From the NCBI GenBank assembly GCA_963653425.1, contig CAVJWC010000001.1, forward strand, positions 151,430 through 215,429: a stretch of 64,000 nt of DNA, written 5' to 3'. A program made the position numbers and the translations under genes. The stretch is from Eubacterium sp. Lineage in GTDB: Bacteria; Bacillota; Clostridia; Christensenellales; CAG-314. Position 1 is the first letter of the stretch. Each line of letters starts with the position of its first letter. The notes under the pieces were generated by a model that saw nothing but the letters and a program-made list of their open reading frames with translations, did not search any database and was not told where the DNA came from. Shown here piece after piece: positions 46,874 to 57,603 of the stretch.

Positions 46874-47575
46874 TTATTCGGCGATTTCAAGGGCGATTTC
46901 CATCATCTGAGTGAAGGAATTCTGTCTTTCGAGAGCGGTAGTTTCTTCTCCGCTGTATACGCAGTCGCTTATCGTACATATTGCAAGAGCTTTTTTCTTT
47001 GCGCGCAAAGCGTTGAGGTAGAGAGCGGCGGTTTCCATTTCAACGGCAAGAACGCCCATTTTCTGCCATTCGAGCGAGGACGCAGAGTCGTCGTAGAACG
47101 TGTCGCTGGAAAGCAGATTGCCTACGTGAACGTTTGCTCCGAGCTTTTTGGCGGTATCGTAAGCCTTGCACAAAAGTCCGAAATCGGCTATGGGAGCCAT
47201 CGTTCCGGGGAGACGGAACTGAGCCGCGTAATTTCCGTTAGTGCAGGCAGCCTGTCCGAGAACTATATCGCGGATTTTAACGCTTTCGTCTATCGCGCCC
47301 GCAGAACCTATTCTTATTATAGCGTCTACGTCGTAAAAATTAAAGAGTTCGTAACTGTATAAGCCCATGGACGGCATTCCCATACCCGACGCCATAACCG
47401 TTACTTTTTTTCCTTTATATAAGCCCGTATAACCGTGAATGCCTCTTATATTATTCACGAGTTTGCTTTCGGAAAGAAAATTCTCCGCGATAAACTTAGC
47501 TCTCAAAGGATCGCCCGGCATTAAAACCGTTCTTGCTATTTCTTCTTTACTTGCGCTGTTATGAAGCGTGGACAT
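46874..47575 (-). CDS. deoD: purine-nucleoside phosphorylase (DeoD type)
   Basis: VLMPGDPLRAKFIAENFL...GMGMPS...VEMETAAL blocks. Confidence 0.9.
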   Translation of the reverse strand: MSTLHNSASKEEIARTVLMPGDPLRAKFIAENFLSESKLVNNIRGIHGYTGLYKGKKVTVMASGMGMPSMGLYSYELFNFYDVDAIIRIGSAGAIDESVKIRDIVLGQAACTNGNYAAQFRLPGTMAPIADFGLLCKAYDTAKKLGANVHVGNLLSSDTFYDDSASSLEWQKMGVLAVEMETAALYLNALRAKKKALAICTISDCVYSGEETTALERQNSFTQMMEIALEIAE

Positions 47576-47682
47576 AAAAGCCTCCTTATCGGGTTATATC
47601 CGATCGTATAAACAATTACTTTGAATTATATTTCAAAAACGCTTTTAAGTCAATCGTTTTAGTCGGTTACGCTCAAAAAACG

Positions 47683-47711
47683 CAAAAAAGACGCAGTAAA
47701 ACCGCGTCTTT
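47683..47711 (-). terminator. rho-independent terminator after the carboxypeptidase gene
   Basis: AAGACGC-9 nt-GCGTCTT (47688-47710), followed by TTTTTT on the - strand. Confidence 0.75.
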
Positions 47712-47740
47712 AAGCTTGCCTTAGTAAAACGAATCAAGGC

Positions 47741-48889
47741 TCAGTTATTCGTAACGAACTCTTTTATGATCTCCCAAAGGGACATTTTCTCTACCGTTTC
47801 GAGCGCGATAAGATTTGCGCTGTCCGTGACGTTACCCAAATAGTCGAGAACTTTCGCTTTTCCTATAACGTCGCCCTTCCGAACGGGAGCTTTGATTTTA
47901 TCGGGCAAATCCAACACGACTTCGCCTTTATTGTTGCCTCTTTCGCCGAAAAGGTAAAGATTTCTTTCCGAAGCCACTGCTACGCTCTCCTTTTTACCGT
48001 GGAGAACTTTGACTTCCTTGGCGTTTGTATCCTTACCCAGCATGAGTTTGCTTTCGTAATTGGCAAATCCGTAATTAAGAAGGTTTGCCGTGGAATCGAA
48101 ACGCGTTTTACTGTCGCTTCCGCCGATAATTACCGAAATAAGCCTCATTCCGCCTCTTATTGCCGTTGCGCAAAGACAATGTTTGGCTTCCTGCGTATAA
48201 CCCGTTTTTCCTCCGTCGCAACCGTCGTAAAACCTTATAAGCCTGTTTGTATTGGTAAGTCCCGTAATTCTTCCGCTCGGGTGAACGAGATCTTCCATCC
48301 ATATACGAGAATATCTGAAATAATCTTTGTGCGCAATAAGACTTCTCATCATAGTCGCAACGTCTCTTGCCGACGAATATCCGCCCTCTGCGGGAAGCCC
48401 CGTGCAGTTTACGAAATTGGTGTTCGTCATTCCGAGCGAGACTGCTTTTTCGTTCATCTTCTTAGTGAAAGCCTCCACGCTTCCGCAGAGAGTTTCGGCA
48501 AGAGCCACGCAACTGTCGTTGGCGGAAGCTATTATAATGCTTTTAATGAGCGTTTCTGCCTTATAAGTCGAACCCGCGTCTAAAAAAGCCTGAGAGCCTC
48601 CCATGGACGCGGCGTTTTCGCTTACGCAGACTTCGTCGCTATAGTGAAGTTTACCCGATTTCACGGCGTCGAATATCAGGTTAAGCGTCATTATCTTGAC
48701 CATACTGGCTATGGGATATTTGTTGTCGGCGTTGAATTCGCTTATTACTCTGCCCGTTTTGTATTCGCATAAAAAAGAAGATCTTCCGTCGGTCTGAATT
48801 TTGTTGTCGGCTGTAGCGGTTGCAGTTCTTCCCGAAAAAACCGCAAAAACCAACGCGGTAAGCAAAAATAACGTTATTCTTTTCTTCAT
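47741..48889 (-). CDS. D-alanyl-D-alanine carboxypeptidase (S11, PBP5/DacF-like)
   Basis: SMVK (SxxK), SANDS (SxN) and KTGYT motifs plus a signal peptide. ATG 48889 follows GGCGGAGGA. The ORF track start is 48949. Confidence 0.9.
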   Translation of the reverse strand: MKKRITLFLLTALVFAVFSGRTATATADNKIQTDGRSSFLCEYKTGRVISEFNADNKYPIASMVKIMTLNLIFDAVKSGKLHYSDEVCVSENAASMGGSQAFLDAGSTYKAETLIKSIIIASANDSCVALAETLCGSVEAFTKKMNEKAVSLGMTNTNFVNCTGLPAEGGYSSARDVATMMRSLIAHKDYFRYSRIWMEDLVHPSGRITGLTNTNRLIRFYDGCDGGKTGYTQEAKHCLCATAIRGGMRLISVIIGGSDSKTRFDSTANLLNYGFANYESKLMLGKDTNAKEVKVLHGKKESVAVASERNLYLFGERGNNKGEVVLDLPDKIKAPVRKGDVIGKAKVLDYLGNVTDSANLIALETVEKMSLWEIIKEFVTNN

Positions 48890-48918
48890 AATTCCTCCGC
48901 CATTTTTTCTTTTACGTT

Positions 48919-48947
48919 TAGTCTGCGATATTTTTCGAAGGTTATTC
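48919..48947 (-). promoter_or_regulatory. possible forespore-type (sigma-F/G-like) promoter
   Basis: On the - strand, GAATA-17 nt-CAGACTA about 30 nt upstream of the ATG. It resembles the GnATA-N17/18-CAnAnTA pattern recalled for B. subtilis sigma-G. Confidence 0.3.
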
Positions 48948-49427
48948 ATAGTTTAATTAAAAACGAGTAATCGGTAAGCCTTACGTTCGTTATCACCGCT
49001 TACCATATTAAACGTTTTTAATTCATTAAAAACGAGTATCTGCAGAGCGTAGTTTTTACGGAGAAAAAAATCGCCTGAAAGGTTTGGTTTAGCCGAGGCA
49101 AACGACCAAGGGTGTATTGCGGTACGTGCAAAGGAGTTTAACGACGGATAAACCGATTTATTCCCGTAAAAATAATCAGGGAAAACGAACGGAACGCTAA
49201 AGAAAAAGCAGGCTTTCAGCAACTGCCAAAAACCTGCCCCGGACTTTACGTTATAACGATTGTTTTGGAAAATTAAACGCGTTCAAGGCGATAATCATCT
49301 CAAAGAATTAACTTTTACTGAATTAATCGCAGTTTATACGGCAATTGGCGATAGAGAACGTAACTTCTACTGAAATAACCGCATTCGATGCGATAATTAC
49401 GGATAAGAACGAAACGAATCCGTCCGT

Positions 49428-50453
49428 TTATTCGGCGGGAGTTTCTTCTTCGGCTTCTTTTCTCGGGTCGGGAAGCATTTTTTCCTTGATCTTGTTTTCG
49501 ATTTCGAGCATAATATCGGGATTGGAAGCAAGATACTTCTTTGCGTTTTCCTTGCCCTGACCGATTTTTTCGCCGTTATACGAGAACCAGGCTCCGCTCT
49601 TCTGGATAAAGCCCTGCTCTACCGCAAGGTCGATAACGCAACCCGTTTCGGAAATGCCTTCGCCGTACATAATATCGAATTCTGCCTGCTTGAATGGCGG
49701 TGCAAGTTTGTTTTTGACGATTTTTACTCTCGTTCTGTTGCCGACTATCTCCGTGCCGTCTTTGATCTGGTCGATTTTTCTTACGTCGAAACGCATGCTC
49801 GAATAGAATTTAAGAGCTTTTCCGCCCGTCGTGGTTTCGGGAGAACCGAACATAACGCCCACTTTCTCGCGAAGCTGATTTATAAAGATAACGCAGGTTT
49901 TGGACTTGTTGATAATAGCCGTAAGTTTACGGAGAGCCTGAGACATAAGTCTTGCCTGCAAACCTACGTGAGAATCGCCCATTTCGCCTTCGATTTCGGC
50001 ACGCGGAGTCAATGCCGCAACCGAGTCAACTACGATAAGGTCGATAGCCGCCGAGCGTACGAGATGTTCCGCTATATCGAGAGCCTGTTCGCCGTTATCG
50101 GGCTGAGAAACGTAGAGTTCTTTGATATTAACGCCGAGTTTTTCCGCGTAAGAAGGATCGAGCGCGTGTTCTGCGTCTATAAAAGCCGCAACTCCGCCCA
50201 TTTTCTGGACTTCCGCCGTGATATGAAGCGAAACGGTGGTCTTACCGGAAGATTCCGGTCCGTATATCTCGATAATTCTTCCGCGAGGAACTCCGCCTAT
50301 ACCGGTTGCTATATCGAGAGCAAGACAGCCCGTAGGAATAACGTCCACATTCTTTACGACGGTGTCGCCGAGTTTCATAATGGAACCCTTACCGAACTGT
50401 TTTTCAATTTGCAGCACGGCTGCGTCAATGGCTTTTTTCTTGTTTTCTTCCAT
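49428..50453 (-). CDS. recA: recombinase RecA
   Basis: [29 protein letters not shown]... AAAGGAGA upstream of ATG 50453. The ORF track start at 50603 is an extension. Confidence 0.97.
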   Translation of the reverse strand: MEENKKKAIDAAVLQIEKQFGKGSIMKLGDTVVKNVDVIPTGCLALDIATGIGGVPRGRIIEIYGPESSGKTTVSLHITAEVQKMGGVAAFIDAEHALDPSYAEKLGVNIKELYVSQPDNGEQALDIAEHLVRSAAIDLIVVDSVAALTPRAEIEGEMGDSHVGLQARLMSQALRKLTAIINKSKTCVIFINQLREKVGVMFGSPETTTGGKALKFYSSMRFDVRKIDQIKDGTEIVGNRTRVKIVKNKLAPPFKQAEFDIMYGEGISETGCVIDLAVEQGFIQKSGAWFSYNGEKIGQGKENAKKYLASNPDIMLEIENKIKEKMLPDPRKEAEEETPAE

Positions 50454-50473
50454 AAACTTCTCCTTTTCGTATT

Positions 50474-51655
50474 CTATTTCATAATGCCGATAAGAGCGAA
50501 TAACGCGTCGTTCACGGCTTGTTTTCTGATTTCGTTGCGCGTTCCCTGATAGAATTTTCTGTAAACGTGAACGCCTTCGTTGCTTCCTACGGCGTAATAG
50601 CATAATCCTACCGGTTTTTCGGGCGAACCTCCGCCCGGACCGGCTATACCAGTGGTTGCCACTGCGTAGGAATTGCCTAAACTGAGCAGTCCCAGAGTCA
50701 TTTCGTAAGCCGTTTCGTTGCTGACCGCGCCGTATTGTTTCAGAGTTTCTTTGGAAACGCCCAATCTTCTGACCTTGGACTCGTTTGAATAGGTGACGAG
50801 ACCTTCGCCGAACACGGAACTTACTCCCGCGACGTCCACCAAACGAGAAGCTATCATTCCGCCCGTGAAAGACTCCGCCGTACCGACGGTGGCTTTTCTT
50901 ACGGTAAGATAATCCACGGCTTTATCTGCAAGAGAAACGTCTTCGTCGGCGTAGATGTGCTTGTCCATGAGCGTTACGAAATCTCTGAGCGTTTCGTCTA
51001 TAAAGTCCTGTTCGCAGTCCTTCTGAAAGACGAAAGTTAAGAGGCAGTCGCTCGTTTCGTCGGATTTTACCGAAAGAGTATATCGTTTATCCTTTTTGAG
51101 CCGAGACAACTTGGCTTCTCTTTCGATTTCGTCCGCGCCGTAAATCTTAAAATTAAAGACCTGTCTTCCGATATTCTTTTTAACCGAAACAACGGGAAGA
51201 ACGCACTTTCCGAACAATATCTCCGCTTCTTCGTCGGGAAGCAGAACCACGCTTTTCTTGCCCGAAAAATAGGCGCCGGCAAGTTTGCCTTCTCCGCCTT
51301 CGCATACGAACCCTTGAGGAAAAGAGGTAATCTTCTCTTTCTCTTTATCGGAAACGATTTTCAGCGGGTTGTATCTGAAATATCTGTCAAGAACTTCGCA
51401 AGCCCTTTCGTTCACGGTTAAAGGCTTATCCATAATGGCGGAAAGCTGTTTTTTCGTAAAGACGGAAGTTTCGTCGCCACCGCAAAGAATAATCGTAACG
51501 TCCGACTTACCCGCAAGGGAAAAAGCCGACGCGAACAAATCCTTATTCTCGCGGATAACCGTTATAAAGTCGGAAGTAACGCCCAGAGCCGCCATTTTTT
51601 GGGTAACGGCGGAAACGGACGGACTTTCCTTAAACGCAATAAGACTGTAATTCAT
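50474..51655 (-). CDS. cinA: CinA family protein (C-terminal PncC/NMN-deamidase-like domain)
   Basis: C-terminal [17 protein letters not shown]...GIAGPGGG block. Divergent N-terminal half. Conserved pgsA-cinA-recA order. Confidence 0.75.
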   Translation of the reverse strand: MNYSLIAFKESPSVSAVTQKMAALGVTSDFITVIRENKDLFASAFSLAGKSDVTIILCGGDETSVFTKKQLSAIMDKPLTVNERACEVLDRYFRYNPLKIVSDKEKEKITSFPQGFVCEGGEGKLAGAYFSGKKSVVLLPDEEAEILFGKCVLPVVSVKKNIGRQVFNFKIYGADEIEREAKLSRLKKDKRYTLSVKSDETSDCLLTFVFQKDCEQDFIDETLRDFVTLMDKHIYADEDVSLADKAVDYLTVRKATVGTAESFTGGMIASRLVDVAGVSSVFGEGLVTYSNESKVRRLGVSKETLKQYGAVSNETAYEMTLGLLSLGNSYAVATTGIAGPGGGSPEKPVGLCYYAVGSNEGVHVYRKFYQGTRNEIRKQAVNDALFALIGIMK

Positions 51656-52230
51656 TATTTATTCTCCGAATTATCGGTAAATACCTTTTTGTTCTGCACG
51701 AGATATACGACGCAGGAAAGAACGGTAAGTATAACGGCTATTCCGAAGAGAACGTATCCCGTCCAGAGGAAAACGGATTTAAGCGGTTCTTCCATAGGAA
51801 TTACCGAAAGCATAAGCACGGGAAGAGCTATGTCCTGAAAAATAGTTTTGAACTTTCCGTACTTATTGGCCTGAATAATTACGCCTTTACCTGCGGCAAT
51901 CTGACGTACGACGCTTATAAGAAGCTCACGGCAGATGATTATCGCTCCGCAGAAACTTCCTACGCCCACGGGAAGAACGTTCTTCTCGACTATAAGAAAG
52001 AGCGCGAAACAAACCAGCATTTTATCGGCTATCGGATCGAGAAGTTTTCCGAGGTCGGTAACCATATTGTACTTTCTTGCGATATGTCCGTCGAGAAAGT
52101 CGGTAAAAGCGGCAAGCGCGAACAAAACTACCGATATAATCGGAGCGTACCACAAAGGCAGAAGATACACCACCGCCATAATCGGAACCATTATTATTCT
52201 TAAAAGAGACAGTTTATTAGGCAAATTCAT
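51655..52230 (-). CDS. pgsA: CDP-diacylglycerol--glycerol-3-phosphate 3-phosphatidyltransferase
   Basis: DGHIARKYNMVTDLGKLLDPIADK CDP-alcohol phosphatidyltransferase motif. Confidence 0.9.
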   Translation of the reverse strand: MNLPNKLSLLRIIMVPIMAVVYLLPLWYAPIISVVLFALAAFTDFLDGHIARKYNMVTDLGKLLDPIADKMLVCFALFLIVEKNVLPVGVGSFCGAIIICRELLISVVRQIAAGKGVIIQANKYGKFKTIFQDIALPVLMLSVIPMEEPLKSVFLWTGYVLFGIAVILTVLSCVVYLVQNKKVFTDNSENK

Positions 52231-52255
52231 CTTTCTATTCTCCTTAACGTTCAGA

Positions 52256-53590
52256 TCAATCGAAAACGGCTTTGCCCGTCAGATCGTAATCTTCGCTGCC
52301 CGTAATCAGAACGTTTACGTAGTCGCCGACGTCAAGAGGTCTGTCTGAGGAAAACCTTATAACGAAATCGACGTCGGGCGCGCTTTCAAAGCTTCTGCCC
52401 GTGTATTCGCCCATATCCGAGTCGTCTACCACCACGCGGTAGGTCTTTCCTTTCTTCTTTGCGTTGTTTTCGCGACAAACGTCGAACTGAGCTTTTTCCA
52501 CGCGTTCGAGGCGTTTTTCGGTAACTTCTTCTGAAACTCTGTTCGGGAGCTTTGCAGACGGCGTGTCTTCTTCGAGCGAATAGGCAAAAAAGCCGACGTT
52601 GGTCATTTTCTCGTTTCTTATAAAGTCTTCGAGTTCTTTTACGTCCTCTTCCGTTTCTCCCGGGAAACCTATGATAAACGTAGTTCTCACGGAAATATCG
52701 GGAATTCTTTCTCTCAAACGAGCCATAAGCGCGATAAGAGACGGTCCGTCGGATTTTCTTCCCATCTTTTTGAGAAGCGCGGAAGAAACGTGTTGCATGG
52801 GAATATCCAGATAATGCGCGATCTTAGGTTCCGTTGCGATAAGGTCTATAAGTTCGTCCGTGATTCTTTCGGGATAACAGTAAAGAAGCCTTACAACTTC
52901 GAGTTCGGGTATAAGAACGAGTTTTCTCAAAAGCGTGCAGAGATTGGTGCCGTCCTTAAAGTCCGCGCCGTAATTGGTAACGTCCTGAGCCACGAGAACG
53001 AGTTCTTTCGAGCCGTTTTTAACGAGAGTTTCCGCTTCTTTAACAAGTTTATCCTGCGGATAAGAACGGTATCTTCCTCTTATAGAGGGAATGGTACAAT
53101 AAGTGCAGAAATTATCGCAACCGTCGGCAATCTTGAGATAAGCGTAGTGCCTTGGCGTGGTGAGAATACGCGTACCGCAGATTATCTCGCTTTCTCCGTC
53201 GCGTTTGTCCACGATAAAATCGTTTTCGAGAAGCTTATCTATAGTTTGGTCTATAGTGTCGTAGTCTCTTATACCGAGAAAACAATCGGCTTCGGGAATA
53301 CCCGTTCTGAGTTCCTGCATATACTTTTCGGAAAGACAGCCCGTTACTATAAGTTTTCTGCATTTACCGTCTTCTTTTCTTCTGACGGCTTCCAAAATGG
53401 TGTTGATGGATTCTTCTCTTGCGGGAAGAATGAAAGCGCAGGTGTTTACGATAATAACGTCCGCCTGATCTTCGTCGGGCGTAATCGAATATCCCGCTTT
53501 GTCGAGGACTCCGAGCATCTGCTCGGTATCTACGCGGTTTTTATCGCAACCGAGCGATATTACTCCGATTTTTATATTACTTCTGTTCAT
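52256..53590 (-). CDS. rimO: ribosomal protein S12 methylthiotransferase
   Basis: SLGCDKNRVDTE N terminus, radical-SAM CDNFCTYCTIP, TRAM C terminus. Confidence 0.9.
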   Translation of the reverse strand: MNRSNIKIGVISLGCDKNRVDTEQMLGVLDKAGYSITPDEDQADVIIVNTCAFILPAREESINTILEAVRRKEDGKCRKLIVTGCLSEKYMQELRTGIPEADCFLGIRDYDTIDQTIDKLLENDFIVDKRDGESEIICGTRILTTPRHYAYLKIADGCDNFCTYCTIPSIRGRYRSYPQDKLVKEAETLVKNGSKELVLVAQDVTNYGADFKDGTNLCTLLRKLVLIPELEVVRLLYCYPERITDELIDLIATEPKIAHYLDIPMQHVSSALLKKMGRKSDGPSLIALMARLRERIPDISVRTTFIIGFPGETEEDVKELEDFIRNEKMTNVGFFAYSLEEDTPSAKLPNRVSEEVTEKRLERVEKAQFDVCRENNAKKKGKTYRVVVDDSDMGEYTGRSFESAPDVDFVIRFSSDRPLDVGDYVNVLITGSEDYDLTGKAVFD

Positions 53591-53681
53591 TGGTGTTTCC
53601 TTCGTTAAAAATCGGGACTTACGGTTCCGTCCCGAATTCCGTTATCTTTTTATAATTTTTGCTTTCGTTTTATCCGAGCCG

Positions 53682-56600
53682 TTAAGTTATATAACCGCAC
53701 TCCTCTCCGTAGAGTTCGTTGAACTGTTCTTTGGTGAGAAGCACCTGACCGGGCTTATTGGCGTCGGACTTTACGACGTAGCCTTTTATTACCATCGCGC
53801 CGTAGATTCTGTTGGCTCTGTTGAAGCCTATGCTGAAAGTACGCTGAATAAGGGAAATCGAAGCCGCGCCGTTGGAAACCACGGTTTTAAGAGCCTTGGC
53901 AAAGAGCGGATCCTTATCTCTGTTGTTAAGGAAATCGTCCTCGTCGGCTTTGTTGTTTTCTGCCTTTTCGGTATTGATGATGTCGCCTGCTTCTTCGTCG
54001 AAAACGGCAACGTTGTTTTTAGCGATATAATTTATAACCGAAGCGATTTCTTCGTCGGCAACGAAAGGACCCTGTATACGTTGAAGCGGAGCTTCCGACA
54101 TAAACAACATCTCGCCCTTCTGACAAAGTCTTTCCGCTCCGCCCTGATCGATAATCGTTTTACTGTCGGGATAGTTGGTAACTTTAAGAGCGATTCTCGA
54201 CGGAAGATTGGACTTGATTACGCCCGTGATAACGTCGACGCTCGGTCTTTGCGTCGCAAGAATCAGATGGATACCCGCTGCTCTCGCAAGCTGAGAAAGA
54301 CGTTTGATTCTGCCTTCGAGTTCGGATTTATGAGTGGTCATAAGGTCGCACAACTCGTCTACCACGAGAACTATACGAGGCATGGGAATATACTTTTCTT
54401 TATCTATAAGAGCGTTGTACGAGTCCAGATTCTTAACTTTTGCCTGTTCGAAGAGTCTGTAACGTCTGTCCATCTCGTCGCACAGCCAGCCGAAAGCGTT
54501 AATCGCCTTTTCCACGTCGTTTACGGGCGAAGGTATCAGCATATGAGGCATACCGTTATAAGCCATAAACTCGACTCTCTTGGGATCGACGAGAATAAAC
54601 CTTATCTGTTCGGGAGAATACCTGTATAAAAGGCTGATAATAACGGAGTTCAGCAGAACGCTTTTACCCGAACCGGTAGAACCGCCTATAAGAAGGTGAG
54701 GCATTTTCATAAGGTCGGGGAACACGCTTTTTCCTTCGATACTCATACCTAAGGCGATATTGAGGACTCCCGTACTGTTTTTGCATTCTTTCGATTCGAG
54801 TATATCTCTTAAATATACGGTCTTGCGGTTCTTTACGGGAAGCGGAACTTCTATACCGCAACAGTTCTTACCCGGGATATGCGAAATAATTCGCACCGAG
54901 CCTTCCGCGCTTATATTACGGGCAAGGTCGTCGTTTATAGAGGTAACTCTTCTTATGGTCATACCCGAAGCGAGTTCCATTTCATAAAGAGCGACCGACG
55001 GACCGCAGACGATATTTCTGACCGAAGCCTGTACGTTGTACTGAGAAAGAACCTGAACGAGAAGGTTGCCCGTATCGTCGAGGTATTTTCTTAATTCGTC
55101 GTCTATACCTTCCGAAAGAGAACGCTGTAAAAGCCCGAGAGGAGGCGCTTTATAAGGAACGAAGGGCGTAGTTCTTTCTTCGAAAATCTCGGAAAGGTCG
55201 TTAATACGCATCTGCACGCCGTCGTTTCCGATTTTTGAAGAATAATCCTCCGTTATCATAACGTTGTTTCCTTCTTTTTTGGCGTTGTCGAGAATCTTCT
55301 TTCCGTCGTATTCGTGAAGTTCCGCGCCGAAGTTTCTTCCGCTCTGTATATCGGGCGTCTGACGAACTTCTTCGTATTCGCTTCTGTCGTCGACGTACTC
55401 GTCTTCCGCGTCGGGCGAAGACATATCGTTTTTAAGCTTTCTGAAGTCCTCCATGGAGGAGATAATCATATTTTTGGTTTCGTGGCTGAGATCGCTTTCG
55501 CCCTGAACGTTAAACTCCGCGCCGTTATCGGGCGTCTGGCTGTAATCGACATTCGTGCGGTAATCTCCGCAATTTACGGAACCTCTGCCCGACGGACGGG
55601 CTATGCTTTCAACGTAGCCGTCGTTATTTGCAAACGAATTTTCGTCGTTTACGGACGAATTTCCGCTATTTGTAACGGTGTTTCCGTTATTTGCGTCGTT
55701 ACCCGCGGAATATCTGCCGTTTACGAAAGAAACCGAACTGTCTGCGCCCGAATTTACTCCGCAGGAAGAATCTTCCCTATAAAGTGTTCTTTCGTCGGAC
55801 TTCATTTCCTGAATTCTGTTGCGTTCGGCAATAACGGCGTCGGCGTTGATAATGGGCGGACGGTTATCGACGAAATCGCTTTCGCGGTTTTCGTTTTGTC
55901 TGCCGAAAGAAGTCGTTCTGCCACTCAAAGAAGAAGCCGTATCCGAGGTTTCGGCTTGTTTTTCATGGTTTGCGTTCCATTCGTCGGCGTTGATAATGGG
56001 CGGAAGATTGGGGTCTTCCTGCATATCCATCTTATAGCAAAGTAAATCCTTATGAAGAGGCTCTTCGGCGCGCTGTTTCGAATTCTTTGTTTTGGGCGCG
56101 GTTGTAGCTCTTCTCATACTGGAATCGGTTGCCACGGGAGAATTTTTCTGTCTGTAAGCGTTTTCTATGGCGTCGATACGTCTTACGCCCTGAGTTTCGT
56201 GAAGAATTTTAGGAGGCATAACTCCGCTCGTGTCCACGAACTCTTCTTTCGGCGCGGTAGGAATGTTCTTTGCCGAAAAATAATTGATTTTTTCTTCTTC
56301 GAAAGAGCGCGTATAAGTGTCTTTGGGAATGAAATTGCTCCTTCTTTTATCTTCGGGAATATCCCCGTATAAAACTTCGCGAGCTTCCGCCTGAGCGCGC
56401 AAATCGCCTTCCGTACGGGCTTGTCCGCTTCTTTGGGGGAAACGAGAAGCGTCTTTCTTAGCGTCTTCTCCGTCCTCTCCTCTCACAAAGTCGCGTTTTG
56501 TTCCGACGGCGTCCCCGCGTGAAGAAGTTTCTCCGCCGGAATTAAAATCCGAACGTTCTCTGCTCGTTCTTTCGCTACCGCGGAAATCGAGGTTTTTTTC

Positions 56601-57353
56601 GCTCGCGGGAGTTTCGCGCTTGTCGCCGTTTTTCCTGAATCCCGAAAGGAAGTTTCCGACTTTTCTTTTTTCTTCCTCTTCGTCGCTTTCGGCTTTCATC
56701 CGTGAAGCGATTTCGTCGCCGTTGACTCTTTCGGGCTGTTTTTCCTTTTTATCTTCTTTAAGGACCGTTTTGTCGTCATCTTTATCTTTTTTGTCTTTCT
56801 TTTTTTCTGACGAAGCTTCTTCGGTCGCTACGATAAATTTACCTCCCGATACGCTACTCAGGAAAAGGAAGAGCGAAACGAGCAGTAAACCTATAAAAAC
56901 GCCGTAACAGCCTATGGATCCCGCAAGGTCGTAAAGAAGCTTTACGAGACTTCCGCAAACCACTCCGCCGAAAGACACGAAATCCTGTCCGCCGTAACAA
57001 GCCGACACGTATTCTTCAAACGTTTTTCCTTCCATAGCGTAAGTTCCGCCCGGCTGAGAAGAAAAAATAACGTGCATAAAGAGAGAAAACGCGGTTATGG
57101 CTATAAAAAACCATACGCAAGGCAAAGCTTTTACGGTTTTCTTCCTGCTTATAAGCTTCATAAGACAAAGCACGAACAAAGCAATGAAGACCATATAACC
57201 GTAAACTCCGACGGCTCCGTTTAAAAAGCCGCCGACGTATCCTACGAAACCGCCTGCGTTTGCGCCGAAAATCATGGATAAAACTGCCAATATACTTATA
57301 ATCATCGTAAGCATTAAAGCAAGGTAATGCTTGCGAGGTTTTTTGTCGGTCAT
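53682..57353 (-). CDS. ftsK: DNA translocase FtsK/SpoIIIE with a very long low-complexity linker
   Basis: N-terminal transmembrane segments, then about 550 aa of Ser/Asp/Glu/Asn/Arg-rich linker. Motor domain with GGSTGSGKS. Gamma-domain-like C terminus. Confidence 0.9.
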   Translation of the reverse strand: MTDKKPRKHYLALMLTMIISILAVLSMIFGANAGGFVGYVGGFLNGAVGVYGYMVFIALFVLCLMKLISRKKTVKALPCVWFFIAITAFSLFMHVIFSSQPGGTYAMEGKTFEEYVSACYGGQDFVSFGGVVCGSLVKLLYDLAGSIGCYGVFIGLLLVSLFLFLSSVSGGKFIVATEEASSEKKKDKKDKDDDKTVLKEDKKEKQPERVNGDEIASRMKAESDEEEEKRKVGNFLSGFRKNGDKRETPASEKNLDFRGSERTSRERSDFNSGGETSSRGDAVGTKRDFVRGEDGEDAKKDASRFPQRSGQARTEGDLRAQAEAREVLYGDIPEDKRRSNFIPKDTYTRSFEEEKINYFSAKNIPTAPKEEFVDTSGVMPPKILHETQGVRRIDAIENAYRQKNSPVATDSSMRRATTAPKTKNSKQRAEEPLHKDLLCYKMDMQEDPNLPPIINADEWNANHEKQAETSDTASSLSGRTTSFGRQNENRESDFVDNRPPIINADAVIAERNRIQEMKSDERTLYREDSSCGVNSGADSSVSFVNGRYSAGNDANNGNTVTNSGNSSVNDENSFANNDGYVESIARPSGRGSVNCGDYRTNVDYSQTPDNGAEFNVQGESDLSHETKNMIISSMEDFRKLKNDMSSPDAEDEYVDDRSEYEEVRQTPDIQSGRNFGAELHEYDGKKILDNAKKEGNNVMITEDYSSKIGNDGVQMRINDLSEIFEERTTPFVPYKAPPLGLLQRSLSEGIDDELRKYLDDTGNLLVQVLSQYNVQASVRNIVCGPSVALYEMELASGMTIRRVTSINDDLARNISAEGSVRIISHIPGKNCCGIEVPLPVKNRKTVYLRDILESKECKNSTGVLNIALGMSIEGKSVFPDLMKMPHLLIGGSTGSGKSVLLNSVIISLLYRYSPEQIRFILVDPKRVEFMAYNGMPHMLIPSPVNDVEKAINAFGWLCDEMDRRYRLFEQAKVKNLDSYNALIDKEKYIPMPRIVLVVDELCDLMTTHKSELEGRIKRLSQLARAAGIHLILATQRPSVDVITGVIKSNLPSRIALKVTNYPDSKTIIDQGGAERLCQKGEMLFMSEAPLQRIQGPFVADEEIASVINYIAKNNVAVFDEEAGDIINTEKAENNKADEDDFLNNRDKDPLFAKALKTVVSNGAASISLIQRTFSIGFNRANRIYGAMVIKGYVVKSDANKPGQVLLTKEQFNELYGEECGYIT
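55838..56004. repeat. 23-nt perfect direct repeat inside the ftsK linker
   Basis: CGTCGGCGTTGATAATGGGCGGA at 55838-55860 and 55982-56004, 144 nt apart and in frame. Each copy encodes PPIINAD. Confidence 0.9.
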
Positions 57354-57603
57354 ACCTAAAGTTTTTCACCTCCGTCCGAACGGATTACCCTTTCCGTTCT
57401 TATTTTACGGCGACAGCCGCCCCTTTTCGAATGTTTATTCTATTATACAACTTTTACGTCGATCCCGCAAGCGTTTTCCCGAAAAACTCACTTTGCTTCA
57501 GCTGTCGGGAGTTTGGTCTATAACGCTTTCGGAAAGCGAACCGATTGTTCGTTTCACTTCCTCTTATACGGATTGAAAAAGGCTTTTACCCTCAAAAACA
57601 GCC

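Noticed and set aside
48953-49222. An 89-aa ORF on the - strand in the recA-dac spacer.
   Set aside because: It has no SD and unusual composition, and it runs across terminator-like hairpins. I treat it as non-coding.
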